64,000 bases of DNA from Octopus sinensis (lineage: Eukaryota), in contig NC_043001.1 in NCBI RefSeq assembly GCF_006345805.1, positions 63,364,001 through 63,428,000 on the forward strand. The letters run 5' to 3'. The position numbers were made by a program, and so were the translations under genes. Shown in pieces: positions 49,601 to 63,031 of the stretch; position 1 is the stretch's first letter; the number at the start of each line of letters is the position of its first letter. Below the pieces are notes generated by a model that saw nothing but the letters and a program-made list of their open reading frames with translations, had not been told where the DNA came from and searched no databases.

Positions 49601-50973
49601 TGCTGGAGGACACCATAATAGCAGCACTAAGAACAGAAGCAGAAACAAAAAAAGTGATGTGGTACTTCGTATGTGAACTACCAGTAACTTAGGAAGAAAT
49701 AAAAAGAAATGCGAGAAATGACAAATTTGTTAATGAGACAAAACGAAAACTGTGGTCGACAAAAGGAAATAAAGAAAGGTCTGATACAAAGAACTACCGA
49801 GATGTGAGCATGTACTATATATGTTATGGTGTACTAATGTATGCTCAAAGGGTGGTCATACCACAAACATTACAGAAGAGAATGCTAAAAGAGTTTCATG
49901 TGGGACACCTGGGCATCTCTAGAATGAAAGCACTGATGTGAAATTTTATATACTGGCCAAGCATGGACAGGGAAGTTGAAAACCTGGTAAAAGGCTGCAG
50001 AGGATGTGCACTAGTAGTGAAACTACCTACTACAAAAGTGGCCAGAAGTGAAAATACCACGGTCCTGATTGCAGATCGATTTTGCAGGCCAAATAAGTGA
50101 ATATCATTACTTAATAGTAGTGGACAGTTACACAAAATGGCCTGTTCACAAGATTTAGTGTACCGGATATAATTGTCTCTGATAACGGAACACAGTTTGT
50201 ATTCTATGATTCTGAAAGATGTTCATATTAGAACATAAAACTATTGCACCATATCACCCTAGATCGAATGAAAGAGCCAAACGGTTCATGGGCACTTTTA
50301 AGAGAGCTTTAAAGGAAGCCACAAACAAGGTCATGATCCAATAATTCTTAAGGGTATACAGGGTAACTCTGAACCCAAATGCACCAGAAAGAAGTTCACA
50401 AGTAGAATTAATGTTTACCAGAAAGATGAAGTCAGTATTTGATAAACTGTTAACAGTGAAGAAAAAACTACATGCTAGTAAAGACATGTCAAAACTCTTT
50501 AGAATTAGTGATAAGGTATATGTAAGAATGTACAAAAATGGCAAGCAATACTGGGAAGAAGGAGAAATTGTAACATACATAGGAAGAATGATACATGGTG
50601 TAAGAAGCAGAAATGGAATGGAAAGGAGACATAGAAATCAGCTTAAGGAAAGAGTTATTGAAAAGGAACTTACAAGAGTTAATTTTCTGGTTCGAACACC
50701 ATTACAAGAAGTAGAAACCACATGTACAAGGAAAAAGAAGAACACCGAATTCCTAAAAGTAGACTCTAAACAGAAAAGATATTGAGTATATACAAAAAGG
50801 GAAGAGGTGGGGTGAATAAAAGAAATTGTTTGTTAAATAAAATAATTAAAAGGGGAGATGTTGTATAGTGAAACTGTATACCCCTCCTGGTAAAAAGTGG
50901 TAGGAGAAGCCATTATAAATAGACCAGTAGCTGGTCATCAAAAGAGGCTTAAGAGTTGAGAGTTGACAGTTCT
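46655..50973 (+). mobile_element. Decayed Ty3/Gypsy LTR retrotransposon in the last SBF intron
   Basis: 5' LTR 46655-46932 (TG...CA); PBS GTGGCGATGAGG 46933-46944; gag with two Zn knuckles 47848-47946; protease LDMGS at 48085; RT AYLDDIL ~48884; RNase H TDAS ~49325; integrase HVGHLG ~49900; PPT AAAAGGGGAGA 50848-50858; 3' LTR from 50859, truncated at 50973. Confidence 0.93.
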
Positions 50974-51775
50974 GGGGTGAATAGCACTGAGGGAGGTTAC
51001 TTTGTGTCGGTTGACAAGAGGTTAAGAGAATAACAGAGAGATAGAGATTGGTGTCTTGTTGTAGAAGGATACCCAGTTGGAGAAGAAGGGAGAGGGAGAG
51101 AGACTTAAAGGGAAAAATAGAGATGGAGAGAGTGTTGATGGTGGATATGTGTCAGGACATACTCTCAAGGCACAATAGCAGGAAGATATATAAGTGAAGT
51201 AATATAGAGGATTAGACTGGGTGAGTCGGTGGGCAAGGTAGAGAGGCAAGTGTCATAAGAATGTGAGGCGTGATTAGATGGGATACAGGTTACAGAAGTA
51301 AATAATGGTGAGAGATATAGGAGCCTCTCAGTGGGAGGGGTTATGTTATTGAGGGCATTAGGAGTGATAGATAAAAGAGGTGTTAAAGATGGAATATCGC
51401 AGAGGGGAGAGAGAGCATAGCTGGAAGAAGATAATGAGGAATGAAAGTGATTTTGGTGTTGGGGAAAAAAGGGAAGGTAGTGAAAGGAGAGGGATGTAGT
51501 ATGTGCCTATTCTACTCTCAGGTGATTCTGGTAACCAAACCAGAGATAAAGAAGTGATGAGTGTTAGGGAATGAGATGTGTGGGAAAGACTTGATGAGGT
51601 AATGAGAATGAAGGTGGGGCAATATAGGCTATATATATTTTCAACATCAGTTAGTGTCCATGTTCCATGCTTGTATGGGTTGGACAGTTTGACAGGAACC
51701 AATGTGTTGAATGTTTGCTTTGGTATGGTTTTTACGGCTGGTTACCAACCTTATGCCAACCACTTTACAGCATAG
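50974..51775 (-). mobile_element. RTE-type 3'-UTR-derived sequence that truncates the Gypsy 3' LTR
   Basis: Purine-rich on +; similar to 52770-53260 and to the reverse complement of 12520-12780. Confidence 0.55.
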
Positions 51776-52483
51776 ACAGATAAGCTATATATATGTGTGT
51801 TTCAGTTGTACACAAGTCAAAAGCAAAGCACAATCTAAATTATTATTTTTGTGCAGTAATATTTTATGTAGTAAGTTAGTTATGGCTGGTCAGAAAGTTA
51901 CTATTAGTTTGGCATCTCTTATTACTCCTGGCAACATAGTCAACTCATCAGACCTGCTGGATGTAGGTACATAACCCCTTTATTAATGGAGATAAGAATA
52001 CAGTCTTGGTCAGCAAGGTTGTGAAAAAAGAACCTGAAATGAAATTCTTTGAAGTGAAAACGCCATTTAGGAAAGATGGCATTATCTTGTTTTCAACATT
52101 TCCAGTTCTGTGTGAAAAGGGTCAGTTTATGTATGATTTCTGTTCACTGGTCAGTAAATGAGGAATTCCATGTCTCCAACAAAAATTTTCTCTAATGAGG
52201 ACACCACCTTAACATCTCACTTTTGGAATTTAAGAAGTCCCCCAGATCAATCGAATTTTTTGTATCATCTGCTTCTGTTGAGCTATGATCCAAGCTGTTC
52301 TAGGTGCTTCCATTTTATCCTGTATGGCATTCCTTCTTTTAAATGCCATATGTACTTAACGTTGCCACCCCTGGATCCTAAAAGAGGACCTGTGGTTATT
52401 TAGTTGCAGCTTAAAGGGCTCTGCTCCAACATATTTCCATGTATGTGTCCAACTGTTGTTGTTGTTGTTGTTGTTGCCGCCAT

Positions 52484-53610
52484 ATCATCATCAACAACAT
52501 TTAACGTATGCTTTCCCTGTCGGCATAGGTTGGATGGTTTGACTGGAGCTAACAAAACCAGAAGCTGCACCCGGTTCTATCATCTGTTTTGTATGGTTTG
52601 GTATGGTTTCTACAGCTGGATGCCCTTCCAAATGCCAGCCACTTTACAGAGTGCTTTTTATGTGGCACCAGCATTGATAGGGTCACCAAGTACCTTCCAA
52701 GAGAAAACCCCTCAACTGGGTAGGGGGAGTAGTATTGTGGGAGTGTGGCTTTGTGCCAGTAGAATTACTTAAGTTATAGAGGGGATAAATTTAGGTGTTT
52801 TACTGTAGAGTAGATAGATGGATACCCCAGTTGGAAAACAAAGGAGTTTGAGTTGGAGAATGATAGTGAGAGTGATGAAGGCAGAGATGTTGGGACATGC
52901 CCTCAAGGGACATTGGGGATGATGAGAATAGGTGAGGTGAAAAAACTTGGTGAGTGGACAGGATGAGGTGACTGTAGCAAATAATGGAGATAAATAAAGG
53001 AGAGGCTCAGTGGTGGGGATTGAGTGTGATAGCAGGTAAGTGAGGAATTGATGATGGAGAGCAGCACAAGGAGAGAGACAGTAAGTGAGAGAAAAAAGGT
53101 TATTAGAGTGTGGAGAGTAAACATAACTGAGAAAGCCACAGTGTTTAGTATGTGTCAATAGTTCTGCTCTCAGGTGGTAGCAGAAATGATGGGTGTTAGG
53201 GGATAAAATGTGGGTGGAGGGAGAAGGATGACTGAGTAGAGCCCTCTATGGAGATGCATTACCAAGGAGGTTCTAGGATATCAATTCTGCTGTGGTGGGC
53301 AGGTCTTCTGGAGTACAGAAAGGTGCCAGATATTTGAGTCCTTTGCCATCTCCATTATGAAGCTCAGCATTTTGAGATCAGCTTTCAATACTTTGTCTTC
53401 CTAAGTTTCCTTTTCCACAAGTTTCATCCACTTTGATTGGCACTTCTTTATGCAATTGTCTTCATCCATATGCATCATATGACCAAAGCAGTGCAATCTT
53501 CTCTTTTGTACACTGCATTTAATTCCTCTTATGCTTAACTTTTCTTTCAGTACACTAGCACTCTGTCACACATACAAACATTGCACATCCAGCAGAGCAT
53601 ACCAACATCA
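52484..53610 (-). mobile_element. RTE-type 3' end with ORF terminus remnant
   Basis: CATCATCATCAACAACATTTAACGT tail; body similar to 31111-31500. Confidence 0.7.
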
Positions 53611-53697
53611 TGTCATAATTTATTAATGATATAGGATATATATGTGTATTTGTGTGTGTGTGTATATATATGTATATCCATATACACACACACACAC

Positions 53698-53742
<45 letters not shown>

Positions 53743-53759
53743 TACAGATATATATATAT

Positions 53760-54105
53760 CCGTTCGTGGCCGTTGCCAGCCTCGCCTGGCCCCCGTGCCG
53801 GTGGCACGTAAAAAGCACCATCCATTCGTGGCCGTTGCCAGCCTCGCCTGGCCCCCATGCCAGTGGCACATAAAAAGCACGATCCGATTGTGGCTGTTTG
53901 CCAGACTCGTCTGGCACCTATGCCGGTAGCACATAAAAAGCACCCGCTACACTCATGGAGTGGTTGGCGTTAGGAAGGGCATCCAGCTGTAGAAACATTG
54001 CCAGATCAAACTGGGCCTAGTGCAGCCTTCTGGCTTCCCAGACCCCAGTTGAACCGTCCAACCCATGCTAGCATGGAAAGCGAATGCTAAACGATGATGA
54101 TGATG
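53760..54105 (+). mobile_element. RTE-type 3' end with three ~61-bp tandem hairpin units
   Basis: Units ending GTGCC-GGT-GGCAC-GTAAAAAGCAC at 53760, 53821 and 53881, then GGAGTGGTTGGCGTTAGGAAGGGCATCC and a (GAT)n tail. Confidence 0.85.
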
Positions 54106-54164
54106 TGTATATATATATATCTCTATATATATACAGATATATATATATATATATACACACTTAC

Positions 54165-54370
54165 ACATAAGGTAGAATTATTAGCGCGCCAGGCGAAATG
54201 CTTAGCTGTATTTCATCTGCTATTATGTTCTGAGTTCAAATTCCACCAAGGTTGACTTTGCCTTTCATCCTTTCGGGGTCGATTAAATAAGTATCAGTTA
54301 TGCACTGTAATTGACTTAGTCTCTTTGTTTGCCCCCTTTGTGTTTAGCCCCCTGTGGGCAATAAAGAAAT
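54165..54370 (+). mobile_element. SINE with Nin/Deu-domain-like core
   Basis: B-box-like GAGTTCAAATTCC, then GACTTTGCCTTTCATCCTTTCGGGGTCGATTAAATAAGTA. Domain name is from recall. Confidence 0.7.
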
Positions 54371-55329
54371 ATATATATATATATCATGTTGCTGATTTTA
54401 CTAGACTATTTATCTGTCCATTTACTCCATGTTACCATTTACTTCATGTTACCATTTACTCCATGTTATTGATCTCAGTGTTAAAGATATTAGATTTAAT
54501 CAATATTTTTTTATCTTCAAAATTTCAAAATTAAAATTTAATTAGTTTTGAAGATTCTGGAATAAAACTTGTGAGAGAGCGATTGATAGATACTCAAGGT
54601 GATGAATTTAAACCTTACACCACACCTGTGTTTCTAGTTACAATAAAACCCCTCATTTCCTTGTGCAGCCAAAAGATTACTCTGAAGAAGAATATAAAAA
54701 AAATGATCAATGTTTGCTTCAATAATTCATTAATTTCAAGTCTTTAGCGGTTTAAATCTATCTGGAGCTAATAAAACTCATTTAAACAATTAATGAAATT
54801 GTTGTTGTGTACCTCTGATTAAAGACTTCCTATCTCTGACCATCCCATCATTACTGTATCTAGGATTATGTTACTCCATGTGTTCTTCATTTTAAGATAT
54901 TTGGGTTTAATTTGAGGGATTTGCCTACTGTTTGTAGCAAATTAAGTTACCACCTAAACACTCTCTTGTTTGGCTTATATTGGTATAATATTGATTGTCG
55001 ATATAATATTAATTTTAAATTTTGACACACAGTCAGCATGTACAGGAGAAGGGGAAGTACCTTATATGGACCCCAGTGCTCAACTAGTACTTATTTTATT
55101 GACCTCAAAAGGATGAAAAGCAAAGTTGACCATGATAGAATTTGAACTCAGAATGTAAGGACAGATGTAATGCCACTAAACATTTTGCTTGGCATGCTAA
55201 TGTTTCTGCTTATAATATTGATAGATAATATTGCCTGTATAATACTGAAATATCAATGATTGTTAAATATTGGTTGTCAATGTTATATTCTAGTTTAATG
55301 TTCTCCTCAATGTTTTCTTCTATTTCCAG

Positions 55330-55422
55330 CTGCGGACAATGAGAAGAGTTTACAACTTCCTGGACACTGATGCCAAGTCTGCTCAGGAATGGATTGATAA
55401 AATTCAGAGCTGCATCCAATAA
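55330..55422 (+). CDS. SBF2: SBF-like terminal coding exon ([30 protein letters not shown])
   Basis: ttccag acceptor and TAA stop at 55420-55422; matches the SBF C-terminus RVYNF.A.D..SAQ.W.DKIQSCI. Confidence 0.96.
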   Translation: MRTMRRVYNFLDTDAKSAQEWIDKIQSCIQ

Positions 55423-55795
55423 ATTATTCTGAAATTGTGCAATTCCATTGCAGCTGCTGTTCTGTGACCATTTTAACTGAAAGACAATATTGATGGAAGA
55501 TAGACTGGAGACAGTGGTTTGCCACCAGCTTGGCCATGCTTTAGCTAGCTAGAGGGAAGACAAGTTGGCTAATTAATAGCATAGCTTCCTTGTTCCCTCT
55601 ACAGTGTTAGCTACCCTTCTCTGTCTATTTCAGATCTCCTGGACACCAGTGGACCAAGATTTTCTCAATGCTACTGGTCAGGGGTTGAAGTTGGTAACTT
55701 TTCTCCACTTCAAAATATATTTGAAGCTAAGAAAGTCAAAGAGAACACATACACACATATGCATGCACACATGCACACACACACACACAAGAAAC

Positions 55796-55805
55796 AATAA
55801 ATAAA
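55796..55805 (+). terminator. Candidate polyadenylation signal (two overlapping AATAAA) for the SBF-like gene
   Basis: AATAAATAAA about 375 nt after the stop codon; no transcript evidence. Confidence 0.3.
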
Positions 55806-56689
55806 TCTCATAACATTTTCAGTCATGGTAAATTCCTATGTTCAGGTGTAAAATACTACATCACTTGTTTCTACGACATCTCACATGTCTAGCTGATTGA
55901 CAGCAATTGTACATTCAATCATACAATCACTTTTGTCATCATATCTACTTTTCAGTATGCTTATTCCGTTATTTAACAAGTTCTCTCCAATATTTTTTAT
56001 TATGCTATTCACTGCTACCCTACTGACATGTCTGCTACTGTTTTGGTTCCCAGGTTGGCTACTCATTTCCTTGCTATTGTTGTGAGTTGAGGAGTTTGAT
56101 ATTTATTGCATCGTAGCTCCACCCTCACATCTTTCACAGAAATATGGATTCTGATTGATTGTGCCAGTCATGTGATCCACTGGCAGTATTCTTTGCTGTT
56201 GTTGGGGATCATAGTAGCTGTGGGATTTCCTTGTGTCAGTGTTGGCTGTTCAAAACCGCAGCTTCTTCTGTCCTTTGTGGTCTTTTATCTGAAGGTTTGT
56301 CTGCTACTTGAACCAGTTCCTCATCTTTCCCCCCTCTCAGTCTTTGTTTCTATCTGTCTGTATGTGTCTCTCTCAGAAATCCATTCCTGCTTTTATGTCA
56401 CCCTGCCAGGCCAGCTACTACATGTACATACAAGTTCATACATGAATACATTAATGCAATGATGCAAGCATTAAACTGATGCATTTCAAGATCTTTCTTC
56501 TTCTTTAGATTCAGGTGATATATTTATGCATGAACAGGTAAATATATCCCCTACTTTAGTACACAAAAATGTGTACAGAGTAACTGAATAACATCCCTTT
56601 GGCAAATACTCCTCTCTAACTTCATAGCATGTATCTCCTTTATATACACTCTATATGTGCATAAATATGTGTGTGTATGTTTGCATGTA

Positions 56690-56726
<37 letters not shown>

Positions 56727-56989
56727 ATATTTATGTTGAATCATAGTGGATAAGTTGTTTTCTAGAGTACTCAACAAATAAGTGTGGTATGTAGGTAGAT
56801 CCTAAGTTTACCTTTCCAGGGAAACCTGGTACATCATTTATGTAAAACTAATCAGGGTATTAATAAGGCGGGTTCAGCGAAAGTTGAGATAGGCTGATTA
56901 TACTTGGTATTTATACTTTCTATACTTTGATTATTTACATCTATCTATCTCTCTATCTATCTATCTATCTATCTATATATGTGTGTGTG

Positions 56990-57005
56990 TATACACACAC
57001 ACACA

Positions 57006-57049
<44 letters not shown>

Positions 57050-57389
57050 ATAAGAAACAAGTTAAAAATGATGGTCATTACATATCTTTCCTTTGTTGGG
57101 GCAAATTTGGCTTACAACTGTTTCCAATAAGCTAAATTTGCTCTCAAAAAGGTCAAATATGTAATGGCCATTATTCTTAACTTGTTTCTTATATATCACT
57201 CTGTGTGAAAACCAGTTTATCTGAGCCCACCACAGATTTACAATATAGAATTGTGATGAAGCATAACCTTGGACCCTATCAAAAGATTACCTGGAGTTCT
57301 TCACTAATCTAAGTAATATTGTTAGCCTGATAGGCCAACAGAGGGCTTATGAAGTATTTTGCCCAGATTGATAATACCTCACTATTTGT

Positions 57390-57433
<44 letters not shown>

Positions 57434-57472
57434 ATATATATATATATACATACACATACACACACACACACA

Positions 57473-57516
<44 letters not shown>

Positions 57517-57857
57517 ATAAGAAACAAGTTAAAAATGATGGTCATTACATATCTTTCCTTTGTTGGGGCAAATTTGGCTTACAACTGTTTCCAATAAGCT
57601 AAATTTGCTCTCAAAAAGGTCAAATATGTAATGGCCATTATTCTTAACTTGTTTCTTATATATCACTCTGTGTGAAAACCAGTTTATCTGAGCCCACCCA
57701 CAGATTTACAATATAGAATTGTGATGAAGCATAACCTTGGACCCTATCAAAAGATTACCTGGAGTTCTTCACTAATCTAAGTAATATTGTTAGCCTGATA
57801 GGCCAACAGAGGGCTTATGAAGTATTTTGCCCAGATTGATAATACCTCACTATTTGT

Positions 57858-57923
<66 letters not shown>

Positions 57924-57950
57924 CACATACACACACACACACACAGAAGT
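56990..57950. repeat. Near-identical 467-468-bp tandem duplication bounded by microsatellites; each unit holds a 145-bp inverted-repeat element
   Basis: TAAGAAACAAG at 57051 and 57518; one 1-nt indel seen; IR 57049-57193. Confidence 0.9.
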
Positions 57951-57960
57951 ATATATGTGT

Positions 57961-58018
<58 letters not shown>

Positions 58019-58162
58019 CATGTAACGTGTATATTTATGTATGAAATGTATATAATGTACATAACATTTGTTCATAGTATATATGTATGTGTGTTGTGCA
58101 ATACAGACACACATATATATACACACACATACATATAAATTCACATATATACACATACACTC

Positions 58163-58204
<42 letters not shown>

Positions 58205-58656
58205 TTGACTGAGATTTGATTCAGCCGACAGCTTATTCAACTAAAAAACCAGTTGGATAAATAGTCTGGTGAAAATTAATCAAATGAATTTTATAATATA
58301 TTTGACTCTATTTCCAAGCATTGAGTCTTCTCCTCAGTCAATATTTTGTTTTTGATCTTAAACCTGCTTTTAAATAACCTTGATTTAACAAATACACACA
58401 TACAAGAGTATGTATATATATATATTTATATAATTAGATACAGACAGACAATATATTTCATATGTATATTATATATTTTTATGTATAATATATATATGAT
58501 GTGTAATGCAATATTATATATAATAAAAAGTATATATTATGTACATTATGTCAAGTATATCTATATTGCATATTTAGGAATTTTATGTAATATATTTTAT
58601 ATGATATATACTATAGTCATTATGTATATGTTATTTTATACATATACACGTGTGTT

Positions 58657-58712
<56 letters not shown>

Positions 58713-59195
58713 GCACACACACACATATATGCATTTACATTTCATATAAGCATTTACATTATATATACATATGTATGTATGTATGTATCATGGTATATGT
58801 GAAAAATACACATATGCATGTGTACACACGCACACTGTTACACATTTTGAGTATTAAGAGGTCTATCCTGTGTGTATTACAGGCCTTTGTGTGTGTGTAA
58901 ATGTTTGTTTTAGCAAATCTGTCCCATATTTTATATTGTTCATTCATGCTGAATAAAAACTGAAGAAAAAGAATAGAGTTTGTTGTATATTTATCAATGA
59001 ATTTCCATGATAAATGATATACTCCATATTGTAGGCAAGGGAATGTGATATATGATATACTACATGTTGTGGCAGGGGATTGAAATATATTACCTGAAGA
59101 CATATACACATGCATACACTCTATACATGTCTATCTGTGTGTGTGTATATATTTGAAAATATTTGTAGAGGTAACATATGCATAAGTAGATATTT

Positions 59196-59536
59196 ATGAA
59201 AAACAAGAACGAAAATGCTACTTTCTTAAAATTTGGTGCGTTTTAATTTTCCTTTTACATGTTTCGGTTTTTGAAAAACCTTTAATTTGCGGTTACAGTT
59301 AGTTGAACTTGTCATGCTACCAAAACCAAAGGATATTATCATGAGTTCTTGCAGGAAAAAGGAAAGTAAACTATGAATGTTAATCTTAATTCGATTTTGT
59401 TATTAGTTCTTTTCTCTTTACATATTCCATTTAAGCACATATTTTTGATAAGGTTTTTCAAAAACCGAAACATGTAAAAGGAAAATTAAAATGTATCCAA
59501 TTTTAAGAAAGTAGCATTTTCATTCTTGTTTTTCAT
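59196..59536 (+). mobile_element. Inverted-repeat element (about 88-bp arms) with hammerhead-like motif
   Basis: 59196-59283 is approximately the reverse complement of 59450-59536. UUGAUAA-GGUUUU/AAAACC-GAAA-CAUG-UA at 59445-59476. Confidence 0.7.
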
Positions 59537-61399
59537 ATATATATACATGCAGTTTCAAGATGACAGATGAAGTAGTTGTGTATGTGTGGCTTTGTAGCAT
59601 TTACTCTTGTATCCAGACTTTTTATCGGCTGTAGGAGTTTCATTGTGATTCTGGAAACAACATTTCAGTTTGTCTTGACATAGTCCTGCTGTAGAATTGA
59701 TCAGTTTTTTTGTAAAAGGTAAGTACAACAAAACAGATTGTAAAGTATGTTAATGGCCGTGTGGCATGGGTGGTGGCTAGTTCAACCTAGTTCAAACATC
59801 TCTGATGTTTGACTAGGTTCCTTCTCCAAAGACTGTCCACTTCTTTATATTATTTTGAACCAATCCTTTCTGATGCAAATTATTACCAGTTTCCTTGGGC
59901 TCTATTATTTTTCTTTGTGCATAAAGTAGGGACTAGCACCCTGTCCTTGGGAAGATTTTTCTCTCCACTATTTGTGAAGTACATTGGTATATCTGAAGCA
60001 AAATTCTTATTCAAGCAGCAACAACTGTTCCACGGGAACTTCAATTAAACGTTAAAATTTTTTTTATACACTAATTAATGATTCATTGCTTGCAAAACCA
60101 CAGCAATTATGTATATATATAATGTAATGATGATGACTGTCCACTCATGACTGAGGAAGACCATCACTGGCTATTGTTGCAATGCCTGTGCAAGAGGTTA
60201 CTGCACCAGTATCAGCTTCATCTGGGTTTGTATCTGCAGCTTCCATGCTTGCTGTGGTGTCTGCCCTCTCAATGGGGCATTGGATAGCTGCCTTACTGGT
60301 AATTGAACAACCTAAACTTTTAGGTCCAAAAAGGTTTGCACAGCACTTCATACCTCTTCCACCCTACTGGCATAATCCAGTAACTCCAATATGGATCACT
60401 GGCACAGGAATGTGAGAGGGTCACAATCTCAAGCACTAGCAAAAGATCCCCAAAATGTTCAATGCCTTTCTATTCATGTCTGGTTTTGTATCAGAATGGC
60501 TTTCTTTTAGAGACATGTTTTAAAAAAAGAAAACTAAAGAGGAAAAAGAAAGAGAGAGTGTGAAAGAAAGAAAAGAAAACAGGTGAAGAGAAGAAATAAA
60601 GGAAAGGAAGAAGTGGGAGTGGACATGGTACTCAGCACTTTTTTCCCAACAGTTAACATTAAACACACACACACACCATGACTCACATGCCTTCAACGTG
60701 GACTTTATACAATCCTTAAACTATAGTCTTGGTTTGTGGTGGTGGTCGGAAGCACAAACAAGTTCACCATATAGCAGTTGTTTAGAAATCTTTCGATCGT
60801 TCATTTGAACAAGGTGTCCAGTCCAGCATAATCAGTGCTTGTGCATCGTTGCTTCAATGCTCAGGATATCGGTTCCCCTCAAGACCAGTGTCTGGAGTCT
60901 GCAAAAACCAGCCAACCAGAAGAATGTGCCCCAGGCATCTCTGACAGAAGTATTCAAAGAAATTTACATGATGCCTGTAAAGAGTATATGTTTCACGTGA
61001 ATAAGGTACCGATGTCAGCGCATGGTACATAGTAATTTTTGTTCACCTTGTGATGCCATATTGGGACCAGACACGAGATTCAAGAATCCTGAAGCATTCA
61101 GTTGCCTTCTGAAACCTTAAAGATATTTCATCATCAAAGGAACAATACTGGTTGAATTTTCTTCCCAATTAGACAAACTGGTCAACCACTTCCAGTACTG
61201 TTCCTTCAACTAAGTGCAGGCAAGAACATTACAAGTCTCGTCCTGGCTAATTCTGAGTCCAGATACCTTACAAGATGCAGAAATATGATCCATAAGAATT
61301 TGCATATCTTCAATTATATAAGCAACTAAGTCGTAATCATCTGCAAAAAAGAGGGCATGAATTAGAAATTAAAAATCTTTTGAAAGGGCCGTAAATATA

Positions 61400-61850
61400 C
61401 ATCACATATTCAGCACCTCATATACATCACAGAGGAGCAATCTACAGCAAGAGTGAGAGTAGCACTTAAAATACAAAGAAAAGAGAGTTGGAGCATGCTT
61501 GGTACTATTCTGTGCAGGGATGGGCCCATGTCTCCATTATGATTTATTGATACAAAGTAACTCGTACAGCCAAATATTTTCTACAGAGTGGCCCTACTTA
61601 CTGTATCGAAATCAATAAAACCTGGACAAGATCCTTATTCTTCTCATAACACTTCTGCATCTGTCTTGCTGTAAAGATTGTATCCATTGTTCCCCTACCA
61701 GAATGGAAGCCACACTGAGATTCAGATGGGATATCATTTACAAGGCATTATGTAGGCGGGCAAGAATACTTGCTAGAACATTGACAGCAGAATAATATCT
61801 TTATGGTTGGAGGTAGTTCATCGTTTTCTAGGAGGGAAAACTAGAAGAGA
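61400..61850 (-). mobile_element. Decayed RTE (BovB-like) RT fragment
   Basis: Shifted frames give ILARL, ESQCGFHSGRGTMDTIFTARQMQ-like and FIDFDTVSR. Confidence 0.6.
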
Positions 61851-62400
61851 AGCGTAGGGAGGCTGATTATGGTTTTGCAGTTCGATCTGAAATCCTTAAA
61901 AAGTTGAAGAAGCTTCCTATCCCTATAAGTAACTGTTACGAAGATGTAAAAAAGCGATCTGAGAGAAATATGACAGAAAAAAATATAATGAAAAAGACAG
62001 AGACAGAATAGAAGATATATTGAGAGAAAAAGACAGTAGAAGACAGCCGGAGAAAGAGGAAAACAGAGAGTAGATGTGTAGGTGAGATATTTAAAAAAAC
62101 ATCAATACAGTTTAAGCAGAGGGGTGGGGAGTAAACGATAAAATGTATCGATATATATCTGAAAGCTCATTCTGCTTTCTTATATCTTTACTACATTCCA
62201 TACAATAAAATGCAATGTGTTTCACATCAGTCACGGTGGCAGAGAGAAGCTAAACAACAAACGGAGTGGGAGTCAGAGATACTCAATGCAAGTGAACTGT
62301 TGTGAGAGGATTTACTAAGAAGTCGTACAAACCTTACATAAATAATATTTATTTTAACAATTTCACACACATATATAAATTTATATATATGAAATTCCAT

Positions 62401-63031
62401 ATGCGTAATAAAAGTCATAAGACAATATATTTTCATATATAAGAGTGTATAAAGATATGTACACAAAGAGAAGACCTCTGACAGGACTTCTTACATGCTA
62501 AAAAGGGTAGTTAAACCCAGTCACGAAAGATAATGCTAAAGGCACGCCGATAAGGCATTAGAATGAAAGGAATTATTTTTAGTTAATCCCATGCTAGAGT
62601 TTTCCAATTAATGAGCAAATAAATTAGTATGTCATCGTAGTTCATCAGTGAGATCACCAAAACAATGCATAATTATGTAGCAATAATACATAGCGAAAAA
62701 ACCAGGGGCGAGCTACATACTTATAATATTATGGATTCAAATCAAGTGAGCAGACGTATTCACATAGCCAGCAGCAAATAATTAATTTTTAAAAATTGCA
62801 TACTATAAGCCTAAGGATTAGAAAGTTTTACTGTATAAATCATAAGAGTAAAAAATTTAATTCCTTTCATTTTAGTGCTTTATCGGCGTGCCTTTAGAAT
62901 TATTTTTTATAGTTGGGTTTAACTGCCTTTTTAGCATGTAAAAAGTCCTGCCAGAGGTCTTCTCTTTGTGTATATATCTTTATACACTTTTGTATATGAA
63001 AATATGTTGTCTTATGACTTTTATTACGCAT
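62401..63031 (-). mobile_element. Inverted-repeat element (about 180-bp arms) with degenerate hammerhead-like motif
   Basis: 62401-62580 is approximately the reverse complement of 62850-63031; minus-strand CUGAUGA at 62642-62648. Confidence 0.7.

Noticed and set aside
55881-56066. Minus-strand 61-aa ORF in the SBF 3' region
   Set aside because: No recognisable domain or splice context; likely the antisense of UTR sequence.
57049-57193. Minus-strand GAAA-CAGTTG-TA inside the small inverted repeat as a hammerhead
   Set aside because: No intact core, and the would-be stem I and stem II segments compete for the same partner.
60145-60351. Minus-strand 68-aa ORF as the last exon of a convergent gene
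   Set aside because: An in-frame TAG lies just upstream, there is no pyrimidine-rich acceptor adjacent, and no recognisable homology. It cannot be excluded without RNA data.
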